This document shows, in pieces, positions 23,791 through 37,322 of a stretch of DNA of 64,000 nt (its first letter is position 1; each line of letters opens with the position of its first letter). The notes beneath the pieces are model-generated. The model saw only the letters and a program-made list of their open reading frames with translations, did not search any database and was not told the DNA's origin. The DNA lies in contig JANJGN010000026.1 of NCBI GenBank assembly GCA_026770705.1, forward strand, positions 38,812,001 to 38,876,000, written 5' to 3'. Origin of the DNA: Isurus oxyrinchus (lineage: Eukaryota). The position numbers and the translations under genes are program-made.

Positions 23791-24494
23791 CAGCTCTGAT
23801 GTGAAGCTTCAACTCTCACTCCACTGATTCGCCATTGCGGTTTCAGTCTTTTACCAATAATATAAACTCTCTGTTTAAGCAGTGTGGACAGGAGCAAAGA
23901 AACCTCATTCCCACACAAGGCCGTGGCAGTGAATGTGCTGAATCTTATCCACTCGGACACCAGGGGCGTTATCACTGTGCTTTAATTAACCAGAAATTGA
24001 ACGCGAGCCGCGGCAGTAGATGTTCCGAACCCTAGCCATGAGACCAGCAGTGGGGGGGTTACCCCTGCAGTTTGATAAACAATACTTTGCCTTTTTTTTG
24101 CATTTTAAACCACTTTTTCCAGAGGCAAAATGACCTATTCAGCCAATTAAAACAACCATCCCCATTGGCTAGAACATGAAATTGACAGATTGGTGAAATA
24201 GTACCAAAAGCTGTGAAATGCAAAATTCAATTTCCAAAACCCACCAATCAAATCACTGCGGTTCCTGCAAACATTTTAAGGCAGCACACAGCAGATATTC
24301 ATGACGGAAAATAATTGACCAACATAAAATTCTTCCACTTTCATGTCATATTTTTTAATTCCTAATCTCCAACTCAGACATTTCCCGTTCTATTTAATAC
24401 CCACGTGGAGCTTTAACTCTGTTTCTCGTTCCGCTGATTATGGCCGGCTTGGGCTTGCTATGCATTTCATGTTTTGATAAAGCCAGGAATTGGT

Positions 24495-25380
24495 GTTCTA
24501 ATAAAAACAGGGGGCGCTGAAGTTCACAGCAGGCCTGGCAGTATCTGTAGAGACAGAAACAGAGTTAACTTTTCCAGACAATATGACTTCTTCAGAACTG
24601 AAGGGAGGTAGAAATGTGATGGGTTTTATGCTGCTGCCGAGGGTGGGTGGAGCAGATGGAGCAAAATAGGTCAGGGATAGGTTGGAGGTCAGGAGGGATT
24701 CAATGACAAAGATGTCATGGAACACAAGTCAAGGGAAATGTTTATGATATCATTAAAGACTAAATCATGTGTTAATATCTAAACAAAGGTCAGCACTGAC
24801 TGGAATCAAAATAGCAGAATGTGTTAATAGCAGAAAAAGGGTCAGCGCTGTCTGAAATCAAAACATGAGAACAAGATGCAGACTGGAACTTGGGGGGTAG
24901 GGGGCTGCAGGGAAATTAAAATGGAGGACAGAGTTCATAATGTGAACTTGTTGACCTCAATGTTGAGTCCAGAAGGCTGTAGAGTGCCTTATGAGAAGAT
25001 GAGGTGCTGTTCCTCCAGTTTGCGTTGGACTTCACTGGAACATTGTAGAAGGCCCTGGACAGAAATGTGAACATGAGAGCAAAATGGTGAATTGAAATGA
25101 CAAGTGACAGGCAGGCCTGAGTCATGCTTATCGACAAGTTTGGCAAAACGGGCAGTTGGTCTGTGTTTAGTCTCCCTAGTGTGGAGGAGACCACATTGTG
25201 AGCGGTGAATACAACAGCCTGTATTGCAAGAAGTGTAAATCAATCTCTGCTTCACCTGGAAGTAGTGTTTGGGGCCTTGGAAGGTGAGAAGGGAGGAGGT
25301 AAAGGGGCAGGTTTTGCACCTCCTGCGATTGTATGGGAAGGTGCCATGGGAAGGGGATGAGATTTTGGGGGTGATAGACT
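24495..25380 (-). mobile_element. Penelope-like retroelement 3' part (GIY-YIG endonuclease remnant plus terminal repeat)
   Basis: ORF 24989-25504 (-) HGTFPYNRRRCKTC..CGLLHTRETKHR..HFNS..RKLEEQHLIF, followed by the terminal repeat. Confidence 0.85.
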
Positions 25381-25959
25381 TTTTCAAATTAGTAATTGAT
25401 TTCTGGTTGTGATATTGTTGCACAACAGCGAGACCAGGGATCAAACCTGGGCAATGAGAGCACCGAATCCTAACCATTAGGTCACCAGGGTAGTTGTGTA
25501 ACATCTTGTTTCGCGAATGCAGCTGTCAATCCAAACATTGATGGTTTCATACCATCTGGGGCCAGTAGATTCTCTCTATTCCTGCTTCTACTTAAATTAC
25601 TGACATAGTTCTGCGTTGTTTCCTTTGGCTACCAGAAAACATTGTCCAAACTTTGCCAGTCCTGTTGTTATCCCAACTACCTTTCCAGACAAATAGTTTT
25701 ACGAATATTTATTTCAAAGAAAATAAGATAAATTAGATCAAACATATGTATAACATCCAACCCATTAGAAATATTGGATTCAAAGCAGCAAATAGAAATT
25801 GATTCTATAATTGCACAAAAAAAACTGGAACATACCATCGCACTGAATGAATCCATTGCCTGTTTACATGTTCCTCAGTGAAAATTTCAATCTTCCTTGA
25901 CTTTGTGGCATATGGGCACTGAAAGCAGCCTGGATTCAAAGTATGTGTGACGATATGAA

Positions 25960-26610
25960 GAAGGAGCAGGAGCAGGCCACTGAGCCATTCAAGCCTGCTT
26001 TCCATGCTTCAATAAGTTCATGCCTGATCTGATTGTAACCACCCACCGACACCCCGATAACTTTTCATCCCCTTGTTGATCAATTATCTATCTAGTTCTG
26101 CCTTCAAAACATTCGAAGACTCTGATTCCACTGCCTTTTGAGGAAGATAGTTCCAAAGACTCACGACCCTCTGAGAGAAAAGAAATTCTCTCATCTCTGT
26201 CTTAAATGAACTATTCCTTATTTTTAACCAGTAACCTCTAGTTCTATATTATCCCACAAGAGGAAACATCCTCTCCACATTCACCCTGTCAAGGCCCCTC
26301 AGGATCTGAAAGATTTCAGTCAAGTTGCCTCTTAGCCTTTTAAACTCCAGCGGATACAAGCCTAGCCTGTCCAGCCTTTCCTCATAAGACAACCTGATCA
26401 TTCTTGGTATTAGTCCAGTAAAACTTCTCTGAACTACTTCTAACGCATTTACACCTTTCCTTAAATAAGGAGGCCAGTCATCTACACAATACTCCAGATA
26501 TGGTCTTACCAGAATGCTGCACAACTGCAGCATAGTCTTCTTACCTCACATTTCCCTCACATTAAATTATAACATTCTATTAGCTTTCCTAATTACTTGA
26601 TGTACCTAAT
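25960..26610 (-). mobile_element. CR1 LINE 3' fragment
   Basis: LVRPYLEYC..LSYEERLDRLGLYPLE. Confidence 0.88.
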
Positions 26611-27249
26611 AGTTCAGCTATTAAAAAATTTCTTTCAGACCTTCTGAAGCGCTTCGCACATCCCGAAGCTATACTCCATGTTCCATCCTTGTTGCCCTGA
26701 TCTGTCCTAAATCTCTTTGCAGTCTATATACTCCCCTGTATCTTCCCCACAGCTTACAGTTCCATTGCTTTCATCAGCTAAACTTTAACTACAGGCACCA
26801 GCAAGGACTGAACTCACATCACCTGGTTTCCGAGATCAATATGTTAACCACTGGGCTTTGCCAATGGGTCTAGCATGTACAAAGAGGTCAATCCCATCGT
26901 GCAACTTTTAAGCCGGCTGTTTTTCTCTGTACCATTTACCATGAAGATACATAACGAAAGTGAATAACGTTTGCGATGGTAAAAATGCGTTTACCCGCTC
27001 AGGGAACTGAACCACACTGACACAAGGCGAGGAACACACACAGACATTGACACCAATAGTGACAGAGGCCGAAGGAGAGACAAACATTCAAAACTCAAGG
27101 ATGTCGCCAAATTGGCTCCACTTCTGTTCCATTTGCAACTGCAAGTTTGGCGAATGCCTACGAATGAACAGAAATGAAAAACACACGGGATCATTTGAAA
27201 GATTCTTTAGTCAATTTCATAGATAATTAATTCTGTAACTTAAGCAAAT

Positions 27250-27587
27250 TGATATAGGGAGTGACAAGGTATTGGAGGTACTGGCAGGCTTAAAAGTGAA
27301 CGTATCTCCAGGTCCGGGTGCTTTGTGTCCCAGACTGCTGAGGGAGGCAAGGGAGGAGATCACAGGGGCTCTGGCCCAAATTTTTAATTCCTCCCTGGCC
27401 ACGTGGGAGGTGCCAGAGGACTGGAGAGCAGCTAATGTAGTTCCGCTATTTAAGAAGGGTTGTAGAGATAAGCCAGGTAACTACAGGCCCGTGAGTCTGA
27501 CGTCAGTACTGAGGAAACAATTGTAGAAAATTCTGAAGGAGAGTATCTATCCACTTGGAGAGGCAAGGTTTGATCAGGGATAGTCAG
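27250..27587 (+). mobile_element. CR1 LINE fragment (RT N-terminal)
   Basis: EVPEDWRAANVVPLFKKG..PGNYRPVSLTSV. Confidence 0.88.
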
Positions 27588-28220
27588 CACAGAAAAAGGC
27601 CCTTCGACCCATCGAGTCTGCGCCAGTCAAACAAGTACCTAACTATTCTAATCCCATTTCCCAGCACTAGACCCAGAGCCTTGTATGCCATGGCATCACA
27701 AGTGCACGTCCAAATACTTCTTAAATGTTATCAGGTTTTCTGCCTCTACCACCCTTTCAGGCAGTGAGTTCCATGTTCCCACCACCCTCTGAGTGAAAAA
27801 ATTCTTCCTCACATCCCCTGTAAACCTTCTGCCCCTTAACTTAAATCTATGCCCCCTGGTTATTGATTCCTCCAACAAGGCGAATACTTCCTTCCTGCCT
27901 ACCCTATCTATGCTCCTCATAATTTTTTTACACCTCAATCTTGCCCCCCTCAATCTTCTCTGCTCCAGGGAAAATAACCCCAGTCTATCCAATCTCTCCA
28001 CATAACTAAAATTCTCCAGCCCAGGCAACATCCTGGTAAATCTTCTCTACACTCTCTCTAGTGCAATCACATCCTTCCTATAATGCAGATTCCAGAACTG
28101 CATGCAATACTCTAGCTGTGGCCTAACCAGCGTTTTATACAGTTCCAGCATAACCTCCCTGCTCTTTTATGCTATGCCTCGGCTAATAAAGGCAAGTTTT
28201 CCATATGCCTTCTTAACCAC
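27588..28220 (-). mobile_element. CR1 LINE 3' fragment
   Basis: SYVERLDRLGLFSLEQRRLRG..FFTQRVV. Confidence 0.88.
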
Positions 28221-29114
28221 CTGTTCTTTGTCAAAATTGTGATTTGGGATCTTGTACATCCAAGAGTAGACGAAGCCTCAGTTTAACATCTCGTCAAAAA
28301 GGCATGTTACACTCGAAAGGTTGTGACTCCATCCGTATTGCACTGGAATCTCAGCCTAGGCTGTTGTGCTCCAGTCTGGCAATGGTGTTTGAGTTCACAA
28401 TTTTCTAAATTAGAGGCAAGAGTGGTACCAGCTGACCCATGGAAGATGAAACAATTCAATTTAACGTATCTGGTGGAAGGATTAGAGAAAAGCTGTAGAG
28501 TAATTTATTTCACACAGGAGGTGGTGGGGGTCAGGACCTCACTGCCTGAGCTGATCAAAGAGGCAGAAACCACCATTGAAGTAAAGGAACTAACACATGG
28601 AAAAGCATTTGTGGTGCTGTAACCTACAAGGCTATGGAGCAAGAGCTAAAACATAGGATAAGGCTGGATTGCTCCTATTGTACTGACATGGACATGATGG
28701 ATTGAATGGTCTCGTTCTGGATCATAAATATTTCTGTTTCATTGTTTCAATGCTTCAACTGATGATTTTCTTTCCCCTTTGCCAGTTGTGTATTTGCTTA
28801 ATTAAATACTTCCATAAGGCAATGGAGAAGAAGGAATCAGTTTCCAACGTGGAGCAGAAGAGAAATGGATCAACAGTGAAACAACACATTTCCAATCAGA
28901 GCCGAAATCGGTGACAGAAACAGAATGGTTCTCCCACCTTTAGTTTCTTCACTAGTCCAAATACCATTCCATTCCATTCGCATTGCTTTTGCCTGGCATC
29001 CTCATCCCTATGTTATTTATTCTCTTCTGCCTTCCACCCAATCACACTCTCTCCTGCTATTAACGTCTTTAATAATAACTTCTAACGTTTACCTTGACAT
29101 CTGTCAAGGTCACC

Positions 29115-30360
29115 ATGATTTTCGGAAAGTGGAATCATGTTTAACCAAGTTATTGGAGTTCTTTGAAGAAGTCACATGAGCTGTGGATAAGGGGGAACCG
29201 GTGGATGTACTGTACTGAGATTTCCAGAAGACATTTGATAAGGTGCCACATCAAAGGCTATTGTTGAAAATAAAAGCTCATGGTGGAGGGGATAACATAT
29301 TGACATGGATAGATGATTGCATTAATCGGTCATTTTCTGGTTGACAAGATGTAATGAGTGGTGTGCCTCAGGAATCAGAACCGGGCCTCAATTTTTTACA
29401 ATTTATATAAATGACTTGAATGAAGGGACCGAATAATGGTTGTAAAATTTGCTGATGACACAAAGAAAAGTAGGAAAGTGAGGTGTGAAGAGGACATAAG
29501 GAGGCTGAAAAGGATATAGACAGGTTACATGAGTGAGCAAATATCTGGCAAATGGAGCATAATGTGGACAAATGTGGAATTGTCAAATTTTGGCAGGAGG
29601 AATAAAAAGGCAGCTTATTACCTAAAATGGTGAGAGAGCTCCGAGATGCAGATGCGTCGTGGTGTCTGAGTGCATGAATCACAAAAGGTACAGCAAGTAA
29701 TTAGGAAAGCTAATAGAATGTTATCGTTCATTGTGAGGGGAACTGAACATAAACATTGGGAGGCTATGCTTCAGTTTACAGGGCAGTGGTGAGACCATAC
29801 ATAGAGTACTGTGTACAGTACTGTTCCCCTTATTTAAGAAAGGATGTAAATGCGTTGGAATCAGTTCGGAAAAGGTTTACTAGGCTAATAGCTGGGATGG
29901 GCACATTGTCTTCTGAGGGAAGGGTGGACAGGCGAAGCTTATATCTGCTGGGGTTTAGAAGAGTAAGATGCGACTTTATTGAAACATATAATATCCTGAG
30001 GACCCTTGAGAAGCTGAATGCGAAAGGGATGTTTCCTCTTGTGGGAGAATTTTGAATTAGGGGTCACTGTTTGAAAATAAGGGTCACTCACTTAAGATAG
30101 AGATGACAAGTTTGTTTTTCTTTCAGAGGGCCATGAGTCTTTGTATCATCTTTTCCCGAAAAAGCGATGGAAGTAGAGTCTTTGAACATGTTTTTTAAAC
30201 AGAGGTAGATAGGTTCTTGATTAGCAAGGGGATGAAAGTTTATCGGGGGTAGGCAGGATTGAGGTTACAATCAGATTATCCATGATCTTATTGAATGGCA
30301 GAACAGGCTTGAGGGGCTGAGTAACCTACTCCTGTTCCTAATTTGTATGTTTCTCTGTTC
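29115..30360 (+). mobile_element. Degraded CR1 LINE
   Basis: SCLTKLLEFFEEVT, KFADDTK, VRPYIEYCVQY. Confidence 0.88.
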
Positions 30361-30469
30361 GTATGTTCGCAATGTTCTTTCCCTCTCCTCCTTTCCCTGT
30401 CTGTGTACTTTCTTGAAATTTATTATAGCTTTCTTTTTCTATTTCATTTGATAGTTCACGGACCTGAAG

Positions 30470-31130
30470 CATTCACAGTGGAAAGGGAAACAAGGTGAAT
30501 GTTTCAGCTCGTTGACATTTTATCCAAACTGGAAGAATTTAGAGATTCAATAGTTTAGCAGCAAGTACAGAGTCAGGAGAAAGAGAGGGGGAGAGGAGGG
30601 AAGAACATCTGGAGAGATTAAATGACAAAGTGATTCAAGACAAAAGTGTGTGATAATGAGACAAGTAAATAAACTAATGGGGCAAAAGAAGAAACAAAAA
30701 ACACGTCCAGAGTGGGTTCATATGGTAACAGCAGAACTATTACCAGCACCTACTGTCCGAAAAAATTGGAGCGTGGTTATGATCTGAAATTGTTGAAGTG
30801 ACCACTGAGTCCATAAGGTTGTAAAGTGTCTAATCAAAAATGCTGTTCCTCGAGCTTCCATTGAGCTTCATTGGAACAGTGCAGGAGGCCAAGGACAGAG
30901 AGGTCAGAGAATGAACACGCTTGAACACTCAATGGTAATATTTCACAAAACAATTGCCCAAGCTGGCTTGAGTCTCCTCAGTGCAGAGGAGACCGCATTG
31001 TGCCCAGTGAAACCACAATAATGAATAGCAAAGAGTAGCATTCACTGTGTCACCTAGAAAGTGTGTTTGGGGCCCTGGAATGTGGGAAGGGAGGAGGTGA
31101 AAGGGTGAGTACTGCATCGGTTGTGCTTGC
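30470..31130 (-). mobile_element. Penelope-like fragment
   Basis: Colinear with 24940-25330 (TGCTGTTCCTC..TTCATTGGAACA..GGAGACC.CATTGTG..GTGTTTGGGGCC). Confidence 0.7.
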
Positions 31131-32229
31131 ACTGTGATGTTCATAAGAACGCAACAAATAGGAGCAGAGGGAGACCATACAGCTATCTGAACCTGCTCCA
31201 CCATTAAACGATCTTGCAGCTCAACTTCACTTTCTCACCCTATCCCCACATCCATTGAATTACTTAATATGCAAAAAGTAATGGATTTGTATTTGAATAT
31301 ACTTAAGACCAAGAGTGATAGATTCAATACATTTTCATCTGGAAAATGTAAAGAAGAAGTGTACATGAATTGCAACTGCTCCATATCATTGCTCGGCAAT
31401 AATATTAACAACTTAACCTGGCCTCGTGTCACCACACTGAAATCCTGCCATTCTCAGACAGCTGTTCTTCATGTCATTATTGATGGATAAACAGCCCACT
31501 GTTTCACTGTAAGGTAACTTTGTAGGTGCTCCGTAGTGTTACAGACTAGCTCATTGGATCTGCTTATTCCATCCCATCTCATATTTAGCTAAGGCGGAAA
31601 ATTAATAAAATAGTGAAACATGCAGTGATTTGTGGACAGTGGTGAGTTCGTTGCTCAGATAAGCTGAGGTCTCCATATTATAACATGCATTTAGAAGCGA
31701 TGCAAGAAGTGAGCGATGGAGGCAATGCACGAAAGATTTATTGGACGAATGCTATAGCTTACAGGTAATACCTGTCAAGAAATAGTGAACAGGCTGGAGA
31801 TGTTTATTGTGGAAACGTGAGTGAGGAGTGACTTGATCAGGGAATTTAAATCGCATAAGTGTTTTTACAGGTTAGACAGCTAGAAGATGTTCCCACTTGT
31901 GCAAGGACGAAAATAAATACAACTTAGTAATGAATCTAATGCGCAGTTCAAGAGAAACTTCCTTAACCAGAGATAAAAACAGAAAATGCTGGAAATACTC
32001 AGCATATCTGGCAGTATCTGGGGAATGAGAAACAGACTCAACGTCTGTGTAATGATGCAATGCAGTTCTAAGGAAAAGTCATAGACCTTAAATATAAACG
32101 ATGTTTCCCTTTTTACAAACACAACACGTCTGCTTAGTGTTTCGATTCAACAATTTCGACTCTGGATGGCTGGATGTTTACCCAGCATTCTCAGTGGGGA
32201 AGAATATGTCCTTTCCAGGCGAAAGGGAG

Positions 32230-32580
32230 CTTGCTGCGCAGGCGTACTACCGAGCTGGAAGTTGAGCATGCGCAATGCAGTCCCTGACTAGTCCATGCGC
32301 AGTGCGAGTTGTGCCTGGAGTTCGGCGAAGGGGAGAAACAATCGAGTGCGGTTGAATAATGGAGCCACTGGGTGGGTGGAGAGGATTAGAACCATCGGAG
32401 TGGGCGGGGAGGATTCATAAACACCTGGTGGAGGCCTCAAACCCTCCACTACGAAGCTACCGATTCTGCATTTGCGCGGGACGGGACGGGACGACAGCTG
32501 TTCGCCTGCTCTGGATCACAGGCCGCCATCTTTACCAGGGGGCGAGGTGCAGTATGGCGCATGCGCAGTCATCCCTGTCA
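32230..32580 (+). promoter_or_regulatory. CpG-island promoter of the + strand ZNF gene
   Basis: CpG-rich, several NRF1-type GCATGCGC sites, YY1-type CCGCCATCTT at about 32522. Homologous in inverted orientation to 42620-42900. Confidence 0.65.
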
Positions 32581-33959
32581 GCAGGAGGAGAGGATGTTGT
32601 GAATTCCTATCTTGAACTGACGGATGGATTTTGAAAGCTCCTTTTACAGGGGGTTAGAAGGGGACGATTTAGACACAGCAAACTCAAACCAAGAGTAATG
32701 TTTGTCTCTTCTAAATTTCTATACTGGACTGACAATAAAAGTCTTTGCAAATTTATTTTACAGGGTCATTAGAAATGGTGGTTTGACAGACGGGAAACTC
32801 AAACCAAACGTCACATCCAGATGTGACAGTCACTCAATTCATCAGAACCTGAATATCATCAGCATCTGAATGTGGAGTGAAAGAGGTTTGTCTGTTCTGT
32901 CTGTAGAAAGGCACCAAGATGCAGAAACCCTGGTTAGCCCACACCTAGATAATACAAAAAAAAAACTGCGAATGCTGGAAATCCAAAACAAAAACAGAAT
33001 TACCTGAAAAAACTCAGCAGGTCTGGCAGCATCGGCAGAGATAATATGTTCAGTTTTGTGCAACAAACCTAAGGAAGGATAGAATGGTCATGAAGAGAGT
33101 GTAGCACAGATTTACCTGATTGATAACTGAACGCCATGGGTTTAATTACAAAATGAGATGGCAGGGAAGACCCACAGAGTCATTATGGCACAGAGGCCAT
33201 TTGGCCCATTGAGCCCATGCCAGCTCTCCAGAGCAATCCAGTGAGACCTATTCCTCTGCTTGACATCCCTGTATCCTTGCAAGTTTATTTCCGTCAAGTG
33301 CCTATTCTCCCTCACATCCCCCTGTATCCCTTACCCAAAAATTTAAACCTGTGCCTCCTAGTCCTTGTACAATCAACTGATGGGAATAGATTTTCTTTGT
33401 CAATCTTATCTAAAGCTTATCTATCAATCTACCCTCCGCTCTTTGCTAGAACCATTCGGTTAAATCTCCTCTGCACCTTCTCAAGGACCTTTACATCTTT
33501 CCTGAAGTGTGGTGATCAGAACTGGACACAAATACTCGGGTTGTGGCCTAATCAGAGCCTAACAAAGATTCAGCATAACTTCCTTGCTTTTGTACTCAAT
33601 AGCTCTATTTAAGAAGCCCAAGATTCCAAATACTTTGCCAACTGCTCTCTTAATCTATCCTGTCACCCTCAAAAAATCTCTGCACATAAAGGGGCAGATC
33701 CCTCTGACTCTGTACACTGTTTTTACCTGTGCCATGAGGCCGCTATTGTCTTTCTCTCTCTATCCTTCCTGTCAAATTCCATCACCTCGCTGTGAGGGTT
33801 GTAATCCCTGAAATTTAGAAGATTAACAGGTGATTTGATTCAAGTTTTCGGGATATTAATTGGAGCTGACAGGGCAGACAGAGGAACTATTTCCACTGGT
33901 TGGGGAATCTAGGACGAGTGAGCGGAGTCCAAACATAGAATCAGGTTCCAGCACCTTTT

Positions 33960-34300
33960 CAGGTAGAGTTCCAGATCCTGATACCTCTCTGTTGGTGCAG
34001 AAACTGCTGAACTTGATATTGAGTTCTGAAGGTGGTAAAGTGCAGAATTGAAGAATGAGCTGCTGTTCCTCGAGCTCCCATTGAGCTTCATTGGAACAGT
34101 TCAAGAGGCCAAGGACAGAGAGGGTCAGAGTGGGAGTGGGGCGGAGAATTAAAATGACAAGTCAGGGTCAACCCACAAACTGAACAGAGGTTGTTCCACA
34201 AAGTGATCACCTAATCTGTTTTTCATCTTCCCTGTGTAGAGCAGACCAGATCATCAGCAGTTAACACAGTAACTGAGCTGCAAGAAGTACAAGTAAATCA
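33960..34300 (-). mobile_element. Penelope-like fragment
   Basis: CSNEAQWELEEQQLIL..PSELNIKF matches the C-terminus of the 24989 ORF. Confidence 0.7.
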
Positions 34301-34429
34301 CTGTTTGTTTCATCTCAAAAACCTCAAACGTAACCTGAAGAAATACACTTCATTTGGTGACGAAAGGATACAAGGTAAAGCAAACCGACTGCCAGAATAT
34401 TAAATTTCATCCGAGCCATAAAGATTGTT

Positions 34430-35365
34430 CGGGTGTAGGATTCGTAAGTTTGCAGATGACACAAAGATTGGCCAGGTGGTTAACAGTGAGGTTGAGTGTC
34501 TTGGGCGACAGGAAGATATAGACGGGATAGTCAAATGGGCAGCCAAGTGGCAGATGGAATTTAACCCTGAAAAGTGTGAGGTGATACCCTTTGGAAGAAG
34601 TAATTTGATAAGAAAGTATTCAATGAATGGCATGACACCAGGAAGTTCTGAGGAACAAAGGGACCTCGGCGTGTGTGTCCATAGATCTCTGAAAGCGGAG
34701 GGGCATGTTAGTGACGTGGTGAAAAAGGCATATGGGACACTTGCCTTTATCAATCAAGGCATAGATTACAAAAGTAGGGAGGTCATGTTGGAGTTATATA
34801 GAACCTTGGTGAGGCCACAGGTGGAGTACTGTGTGCAGTTCTGGTCACCACATTATAGGAAGGATGTGATTGCACTGGAGGGGGAGCAGAGGAGATTCAC
34901 GAGGATGTTGCCTGGGATGAAACATTTAAGTTATGAAGAGTGGTTGGATAGACTTGGATTGTTTTTATTGGAGCAGAGAAGATTGAGGGACGACCTGATC
35001 GAGGTATACAAGATTATGAGGGGCATGGACAGGGTGGATAGGGAGCAGCTGTTCCCCTTAGTTGAAGGGTCAATCATGAGGGGACACAAGTTCAAGGTGA
35101 GGGGCAGGAGGTTTGGGGGGGATGTGAGGAAAAGCTTTTTTACCCAGAGGGTGGTGACAGTCTGGAATGCGCTGCCTGGGCGGGTGGTGGAGGTGGGTTG
35201 CCTCACATCCTTTAAAAAGTACCTGGATGAGCACTTGGCACATCATAACATTCAAGGCTATGGGCCAAGTGCTGGTAAATGGAATTAGGTAGGTAGGTCA
35301 CGTGTTTCTCACTCATGCAGACTCGATGTGCTGAAGGGCCTCTTCTGCATTGTGTGATTCTGTGA
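34430..35365 (+). mobile_element. Young 5'-truncated CR1 LINE with intact RT C-terminal ORF (287 aa)
   Basis: ORF 34425-35288 KFADDTK..LVRPQVEYCVQFWSP. 3' tail TGTGATTCTGTGAT. Confidence 0.93.
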
Positions 35366-35885
35366 TCAGCAGAAATAAACCCCAATGTCAAAGTCAACAT
35401 GGTTCAGTCCTCAGTGTGATTAACAGCAGCAATAACAGCAGAATCCAACCCCTGCTGTCACTTGTCAACTCCCTGGTTGGCCTGCAGGTTAGATTAATGA
35501 GTGAAGCTCTTTTCACACACGGAGCAGGTGAACACTCTCCCCAGTATGAACTCGCTGGTATTTCAGCAGATCCCTTGTGCTTTTGAATCTCTTCTTGCAG
35601 TCAGAACATTTAAACAGTCTCTTGTAAGTGTGCACTCCCTGGTGTGACTGAAAGTGTGATATAAATCCTTTCCCACACTCAGTGCAGGAGAACAGCCTCT
35701 ACCCTGTGTGACTGTGGCATTGAGTTTCCAGATCTGACAAATAATTGAATTGCTTTCAAGATCCCTGCATGGACACAGTTTCTCCCCAGTGTGATTGCAC
35801 TTGTGTTTTAACAAAAGAGATGATCAGTGAAGCCTTGACTATGCACAGAACACATATCTGGTTTCTCCCTGCTGTAAATGGTGCT
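35366..35885 (-). pseudogene. Degenerate C2H2 zinc-finger gene remnant
   Basis: Reverse-strand HTGE/FTCSVC-like linkers and a 3' UTR shared with the ZNF at 37310-37400. Confidence 0.7.
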
Positions 35886-36564
35886 GTTTGTGGTACTGAA
35901 GCGAGTCACAGTCCCAGTGACCAGGAGAGAAAATAATGGACTCATTTATTTTATTCTCACTCTGCAGACAGGAGCTGGAGAACTGAACCCAGCCAGAGGA
36001 GAGAGAGGGAGAAAACTGGGAGTGGAGGAAAGAAATGCTGGAGATGGTGAAATGGGTTTGGATTTCAGCCCAGGGAGGAGGGAGAGTGTGTGGGGTGGGG
36101 ACTTACAGCTTTGGGGGAACTAGAGAGGAAAAAATATTCCATAGAAACTAGAATTGTCTGCTCTGAATTTCTATCCTGGACTGACAGGAATGACTTTGTA
36201 AACTCCATTTCCAGGGCATAATACGGGGAAAATTTACAGATATGAAACTGAAATCAAACATCACATCAAGACCTGACGGTCACTCAATTCATCAGCACCT
36301 GAATATCATCGGCCTTTGAATGCAGCACAAGAAATTTTTGTCTGTAGGAAAAGATTTCAAACATCAGTGTGGCTGGAAAAGCACCGAGACACACACACCC
36401 AAGTGAGTGTCCCAGTGAACTGACTGGAAAGAGCTTTAACCAGTTACAGAGCCTGAAAATAAATCACACCATTTTCAGCGGAGAGAAAGTGTACCTCTTT
36501 TTCTGTGTGTGGACGAGACTTCAACTGATCATTCAACCTGGAGAAGCACAAGGACACCGGCACC

Positions 36565-37322
36565 ATGGAGAAACCATGGAAATGTGGGGACTGTGAGAAG
36601 GGATTCAATTATCCATCCAAGCTAGAAACTCATCGACGCAGTCACACTGGGGAGAGACCGTTCCTCTGTTCTGATTGCGGGAAAGGAGTCACTCAGTTAT
36701 CTACCTTGTTAACACACCAGTGAGTTCACACTGGGGAGAGACCATTCACCTGCTCCGTGTGTGGGAAGGACTTTACTAAATCATCTACCCTGACTGAACA
36801 CTAGCGAGTTCACACCGGGGAGAGGCCATTCAGTTGATCTCACTGCAGGAAGAGATTTGGACGGTCATCCAATCTCACTGAACATCTCCGTATTCACACT
36901 GGAGAGAGACCGTTCACCTGCCCCGTGTGTGGGAGGAGATTCACTTGTTTAACCAACCTCACATCACACCAACTTCTTCATACTGATCAGAGACCTTTTC
37001 AATGTTCAGACTGTGATTCTGGCTTTAAAAGCACAAGGGATCTGCTGATACACCAACGCAGCCACACCGGGGAGAGGCCGCTCATCTGCTCCGAGTGTGG
37101 GAAGGGATTCACTCACGCATCCAACCTGCTGGCACACCAGCGAGGCCACACCGGGGAGAGGCCATTCACCTGCTCCAAGTGTGGGAAGAGATTTCGTCGC
37201 TCATCCGATGTTCAGAGTCACCAGTGAGTTCACATGGGGAGGATCCGTTCAGCTGCTCTGTTTGTGGGTAGGGATTCACTCACTCATCCACCCTGCTGAG
37301 ATACCAGCGAGTCCACAAGTGA
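36565..37322 (+). pseudogene. C2H2 zinc-finger pseudogene
   Basis: [21 protein letters not shown] repeats, with in-frame stops at 36721, 36802, 36835 and 37225. Confidence 0.9.

Noticed and set aside
27250-28220. CR1 5' inversion by twin priming
   Set aside because: The 3' tail lies at the internal junction, which fits two independent insertions better.
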